Origin: Parcubacteria group bacterium Gr01-1014_30
Lineage (GTDB): Bacteria; Patescibacteriota; Minisyncoccia; Minisyncoccales; 2-12-FULL-40-12
Assembly (NCBI GenBank): GCA_007376185.1
Contig: VMFS01000003.1
Location: 25,983-89,982, forward strand
Reading direction: 5' to 3'
DNA length: 64,000 bases
Below the pieces are notes generated by a model. That model searched no databases, was not told the DNA's origin, and saw only the letters and a program-made list of their open reading frames with translations. This document shows positions 60,101 to 64,000 of the stretch, piece by piece (within the stretch, counting starts at the first letter, position 1; every line of letters begins with the position of its first letter). The translations under genes and the position numbers were made by a program.

Positions 60101-60643
60101 CTATTGAGATAGCCGCGTCATCTCTGCAAGGTAACGTTCCTTTTCCCAGGTTTCGAGCGACTTTAACGCTTGTTGACCGTTTTTAATGAACACCTTGGTG
60201 TGCTGATAAGCTATGCCAAACTGTCTGGCCAAAGCCACCTCCTGTTCGTCCGTGTCACTGTCTTGGTAGTTGACTCTAAAACCGATAACAGTGTCTTTTG
60301 GGAATTCGTTGAATGAGGCCTGCATTTTCGGAAATTCAGCTCTGCAAATCGGACACCAGTTGGCGTAAAAGTAAAGCACAACCAGTTTGTCAGAAGCCAA
60401 AGCCGTTTCATAGTCGGCTTGATTGAACTCCAAAAGAAGCGAACTTGAACCTGCCAGAACCTGGCCCTCTTTTTCCGTCATTACGCCGTCGTCTTGGCGC
60501 ATCATTGCATCTTCTTCCATCATTTTTTCTTCGCCTGAACGTTGAGTGAAGTACCATGTTCCTCCCAAAACCGCCAAAATCGCCACAGTTACAAGCAGAA
60601 CTACAACGCCAAACCCGTTTTTAGTTTTTTGCATGGATACCAT
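60101..60643 (-). CDS. Membrane-anchored thioredoxin-like protein (TlpA/ResA-like)
   Basis: N-terminal TM helix. VVLYFYANWCPICRAEFP (WCxxC). Confidence 0.65.
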   Translation of the reverse strand: MVSMQKTKNGFGVVVLLVTVAILAVLGGTWYFTQRSGEEKMMEEDAMMRQDDGVMTEKEGQVLAGSSSLLLEFNQADYETALASDKLVVLYFYANWCPICRAEFPKMQASFNEFPKDTVIGFRVNYQDSDTDEQEVALARQFGIAYQHTKVFIKNGQQALKSLETWEKERYLAEMTRLSQ

Positions 60644-60778
60644 TAGTGATTAATTCCTATTTTCATAATATATTCCTGGTCGACCGTTGCTAACACCATT
60701 TTAAACTTTGCGCAAGGATATTGCAAGAAGATTTATGTTAAGTCCTTTGCCTCCCCGTTTTAATTTTGGTAAAGTAAG

Positions 60779-61992
60779 ATGATGGCGAAAAAGTCGCCAA
60801 ATATTTCAAAAATAATTCTTGCCGTAGTCGCCGCCGGCTTGATTGGTTGGCTTGTTTTTTATTATTCGGCCAGAAAGGACGCTGGAAACTTGGATGACCC
60901 GATTCAAAATCTTGGGAGTTATCGTCTATCGGAATTGCTTGAAAACTTGGAAAATGCTTGCGGAAGAGAAATCGGGTGTCTACTTGACGGACTGCAAGGA
61001 ATCACCGAAAAATACGGCCCGGAGGCGACCTTGGTTCTGCTGGAGAACCTCCAGCTAAGCGGCTATATTCCCCCGCGGTTGACGACCACCAGGTCGCTCA
61101 CGGAGCGGGTAGGCAAACGGCAAAAGTTTTCGGCATTAACATGGAGGCCTTCCTGTTGTGCCCGCTGGAGGCCTACAACGGTGGCTGTCAGCACGGATAT
61201 TTTGAATACGTCTTGGGCAGGACGGGCTCTGAGACGGAAGCTGCTGACCTTATATGCAGTTCTCTTGATGAGTCATTTTCTTCAAAGTTCAGGTTTTACT
61301 GCTATCACGGAGTAGGGCATGGGGTGATGATGGCCCAGGCCTACGATCTGGAAGGTTCTTTGTCCGTGTGCGACTCTTTTTCCGAAAAATACCGCATAGA
61401 GGGATGCTGGCAGGGCGTTTTTATGGAAAACGTTAACGCGGCAATGAGAGGCCAAGCGAGGGCTGGCATATTTTCCGAGGAAAATCCCTTAAAGCCGTGC
61501 GACAAGACGGAAGACAAATACCGCTATCAGTGTTTTATAAATCACGCAGGTTGGTTGATGAAAGTTTTTAAAAATGATATAGGAAAAGCTTCTTTGTCGT
61601 GCCTTGCTGCCCCAGCGGCCTACGTTAATTCCTGCCTTCAAAGCTTAGGTCTTATGGTTTCAAATCCGAGCTGGCAAGGCCAGATTCTAAAAAGACCCTT
61701 GGACAAGGGCACAAACGAACTGGCCGCGGAAATATGTCTAAAGTTTCCCCCAGCTTATGTTGACCAGTGCGTGATCGGAGCTGTTGACAACATTATGAAT
61801 TTCAACGAACTTTACGCACAAGAAGCGGCTGGCTTCTGCACCCTTGTTGATGAAAAGTACCGGCATTTGTGCTATGAAAAGATCGGTTCTAATCTGCGTA
61901 ATCAAACCAACGATAGTTTGTTGGTGGCGAGAGAATGCGATATTTTGGGAAAACCAGGAAAGGATTTTTGTTTGAAGGGCGCAGGATTATGA
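60779..61992 (+). pseudogene. Cys-pair repeat secreted protein, paralog 1, needing a -1 frameshift at a C5 run (61070-61074)
   Basis: ORFs 60779-61315 and 61141-61992 overlap. The second frame stays open back to ~61021 and reads DDHQVAHGAGRQTAKVFG, homologous to CHDQAHKAGRITYELGG of paralog 2. Confidence 0.5.
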
Positions 61993-63464
61993 AAGTTATG
62001 TCTGATAAAATCAAAAAATCAGTCAAAATTTCGGCAGTGCTTTTTTGTCTGTTTTTCGTGTTGGTTTGGGTTAATGCTCATGAAGTCGCGGTAATACGGA
62101 TGGATGACAACGCTTACTATTCAAAGAGCGTAGAAATTCATGAAGGCGATACGGTTTCGTTTAAGAATACCGGAAAAAACGACAAATGGCCGGCTTCCAA
62201 CATCCACCCGACCCATGAAATATATACGGAGTTTGACGCCGGAAAACCGGTCACACCTAACCAAAGCTGGAGTTTTGTTTTCGGCAAACCAGGGGTATGG
62301 CAGTATCACGACCACCTCTACCCCAAAATTACGGGAACGATAACGGTGCTTGCCAGCGGTGAAAATGAGTTACAAGACGCTTCTCAAACTAATTTTTTCA
62401 AAAATCTGGCGCAAAAACTAAAAGCGTTTTTTAAGAAACTGTTAGCGATGTTCGACAGAAAGGCAGAAAGCAGAAATCCTAAAGTAGAATTTATAAGCCG
62501 AGATTCCACGGAAATATTTACAGATACAACAGCTCTGAAGTTTTACATTCAAAACTATGGCGCCGCTGCAACGGTTCAGCAGTTAAACGCTTTGAGTAGC
62601 AGTTTCGGAAGCTGTCATGACCAGGCCCACAAGGCGGGCAGAATAACTTATGAGCTTGGAGGCGACAGGGCGTTTCGGGAATGCGGCGCCGAGTGCCACT
62701 CGGGCTGTTACCACGGAGCCACAGAGGCCTACTTTAGAGAAAAAGGAACCGCGAATCTTGCCGCCGGCTTAAAAACTCTTTGTAGCTCTGAGCTTAACCC
62801 GTTTTTCAGCCACCAGTGCATACACGGGATAGGCCACGGCTTAATGGCTTGGGCCAATTACGAAATTTTTGACGCTCTTTTAGCCTGCGATCTTTTGCCG
62901 GAACGCCAAGATTCATGCTGGACCGGCGTTTTTATGGAAAATATCGTGGGCGGTCTGGGAAAAGAGAGCGGCCACTACACGAGTTATTTGTCCGACGACC
63001 CACATCACCCTTGCGATATTGTTGACGAAAAGTACAAAGGGTCTTGTTACTTTTTGCAAACCTCGCGAATGGTTCAGCTGTTTAACGGCGATTTTAAGAA
63101 AGTCGCCACTTCCTGTTTGGAGGCTCCCGTCCGATATCAGCGCGATTGTTTTCAGAGCATGGGACGGGACGTCGGCGGCTCTGCAAGAAAAAATCCGTCT
63201 AGGGCCATAGAACTTTGTCGCTTAGCGCCCAAGGGAAGCCTAAGGAATGACTGTCTTGGGGGGGCAGTTCAGGATTCTTTCTGGGACCCGACAGGCCAGG
63301 ACGACGCTCTTTCCTTCTGCCGACTTTTGACGGAAAAGGATGAAAAGGATTTGTGTTACGGAGTCATATTCCAGCGGGCGCCAGAAGTCTTAACGTCAAA
63401 AGAAGAATTGGAAAAGTTCTGCTCAAAGGCGGAAAGCGACTATCAAACCCTGTGCCTTCAGTAA
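61989..63464 (+). CDS. Secreted fusion of a cupredoxin-like domain and the Cys-pair repeat domain (paralog 2)
   Basis: Signal anchor. VEIHEGDTVSFKNTGKNDKWPASNIHPTH...GVWQYHDHLYPKITGTITV is cupredoxin-like without the Cys ligand. About 8 C-x(9-13)-C units follow (CHSGCYHG, QCIHGIGHG, SCWTGVFMEN...). Confidence 0.55.
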   Translation: MKVMSDKIKKSVKISAVLFCLFFVLVWVNAHEVAVIRMDDNAYYSKSVEIHEGDTVSFKNTGKNDKWPASNIHPTHEIYTEFDAGKPVTPNQSWSFVFGKPGVWQYHDHLYPKITGTITVLASGENELQDASQTNFFKNLAQKLKAFFKKLLAMFDRKAESRNPKVEFISRDSTEIFTDTTALKFYIQNYGAAATVQQLNALSSSFGSCHDQAHKAGRITYELGGDRAFRECGAECHSGCYHGATEAYFREKGTANLAAGLKTLCSSELNPFFSHQCIHGIGHGLMAWANYEIFDALLACDLLPERQDSCWTGVFMENIVGGLGKESGHYTSYLSDDPHHPCDIVDEKYKGSCYFLQTSRMVQLFNGDFKKVATSCLEAPVRYQRDCFQSMGRDVGGSARKNPSRAIELCRLAPKGSLRNDCLGGAVQDSFWDPTGQDDALSFCRLLTEKDEKDLCYGVIFQRAPEVLTSKEELEKFCSKAESDYQTLCLQ

Positions 63465-63480
63465 TTTTTGCCGAAGATAA

Positions 63481-64000
63481 ATGAAGGACTTTTGGCAATT
63501 AACAATACCTACACTGTTTCTTGTTGCTTTAGCATCTTTCTTTTTTGCAAAAGAGAGTTTTTTAGACGCACGCCTCCACAATATGATTGGTGTTGGGGTA
63601 CGTACTAACACCGACACCGAGATTGCTCTGGAGGCTCAAGGCGACCAACCGCTGAAAGAAACAGTTTCTATTAGCGCTGAAGAACTTAAGATTTGTTTGG
63701 CAAGACCAGGTAGCGAGATAAACAATTGTCTGGATTCGCTTTTTCGCAAGTATCTTGAAAAGAAAACTCCAGTTGAGGCCTTGGCTCTTGTTGAGGAGCT
63801 TGGAAACTACGACTCGAAAATTCGTTTTTCCTGCCATCCAATAGTCCACGCCATTGGCCGAGAAACGTTCAAAAAAGAAGGGACAATACCTGACTCTTTT
63901 GCGGCTTGCGACCAAACTTGCCACTCTGGCTGTTATCATGGCGCCATTGAAAGATTTTTACGCGGCGAGGAACAGAACTCAGACGGCGTAGGGCACTTGA
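63481..64000 (+). CDS. Cys-pair repeat secreted protein, paralog 3; 3' partial (runs off the window)
   Basis: ATG at 63481 and no stop to nt 64000. Signal anchor TIPTLFLVALASFFFA. SCHPIVHAIGRETFKKEG...CDQTCHSGCYHGAIERFL is homologous to paralogs 1 and 2. Absent from the ORF track. Confidence 0.6.
   Translation, partial: MKDFWQLTIPTLFLVALASFFFAKESFLDARLHNMIGVGVRTNTDTEIALEAQGDQPLKETVSISAEELKICLARPGSEINNCLDSLFRKYLEKKTPVEALALVEELGNYDSKIRFSCHPIVHAIGRETFKKEGTIPDSFAACDQTCHSGCYHGAIERFLRGEEQNSDGVGHL

Noticed and set aside
63562-63939. A 125-aa minus-strand ORF near the window end.
   Set aside because: The + strand frame from the ATG at 63481 is open to nt 64000. It encodes a signal anchor plus the SCHP..CHSGCYHG motifs of the neighbouring paralogs, so the minus-strand ORF is a shadow.
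1-64000. A CRISPR array, given the many short palindromic repeats and a Cas4-like gene.
   Set aside because: There is no regularly spaced direct-repeat/spacer architecture anywhere. The repeats are dispersed, heterogeneous in length and often intragenic.
1-64000. Genome-wide alternative genetic code (UGA = Gly, code 25, or UGA = Trp, code 4), prompted by the in-frame TGA at 17889.
   Set aside because: At least ten genes terminate at TGA inside ATGA stop/start overlaps (e.g. 7977, 13546, 14713, 15537, 17670, 18341, 20635, 21396, 26284, 40598). All other family-recognisable genes are intact under the standard code.

Overview
The window looks like a fragment of a small-genome, uncultivated bacterium. 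Gene style resembles Patescibacteria/CPR (Parcubacteria-like): many ATGA stop/start overlaps and O-antigen-ligase/TPR fusions. This placement is inference only. No rRNA, tRNA or CRISPR array was found.

Layout:
(1) nt 1-50461 is an almost co-directional ~50-kb glycan-biosynthesis super-island. It holds about 10 glycosyltransferase-type genes, 6 SDR epimerase/dehydratases and 7 methyltransferases (one interrupted by an in-frame TGA). It also has 2 DegT-type PLP enzymes (one RfbH/ColD-like with His in place of the PLP Lys), 2 flippases (one inverted), 3 Wzy/O-antigen-ligase-like proteins and an initiating phosphoglycosyltransferase. wecB, capD/pglF-like and nadE are present. So is an odd block of shikimate-dehydrogenase-like, Gfo/Idh/MocA, divergent DAHP-synthase-like and CMP-sugar cytidylyltransferase genes.
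(2) 41.2-43.8 kb holds a transketolase split by free-standing HNH endonuclease genes.
(3) 50.4-52.2 kb is a mobile-type islet: a GIY-YIG gene bracketed by a perfect 20-bp inverted repeat, a NYN gene and a reverse-transcriptase C-terminal remnant.
(4) 52.2-57.1 kb holds murB, rpsI, an orphan Cas4-like nuclease, a PEGA protein, a DUF378 protein and a PQQ-type sugar dehydrogenase.
(5) 57.6-64.0 kb is an extracytoplasmic thiol-redox cluster (CcdA plus three thioredoxin-fold proteins) followed by three tandem paralogs of a Cys-pair repeat protein. One paralog is frameshifted and one is fused to a cupredoxin-like domain.

The most unusual layer is non-genic: several families of GC-rich nested palindromic modules.
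- Some are inserted IN FRAME inside at least six unrelated genes, in the manner of Rickettsia palindromic elements.
- Some donate stop codons.
- Some form MITE-like units with terminal inverted repeats.
- One ~72-80-nt Y-shaped element occurs in three copies with compensatory base-pair changes.
- Heptanucleotide tandem repeats of one sequence family occur inside coding regions and in one intergenic region.
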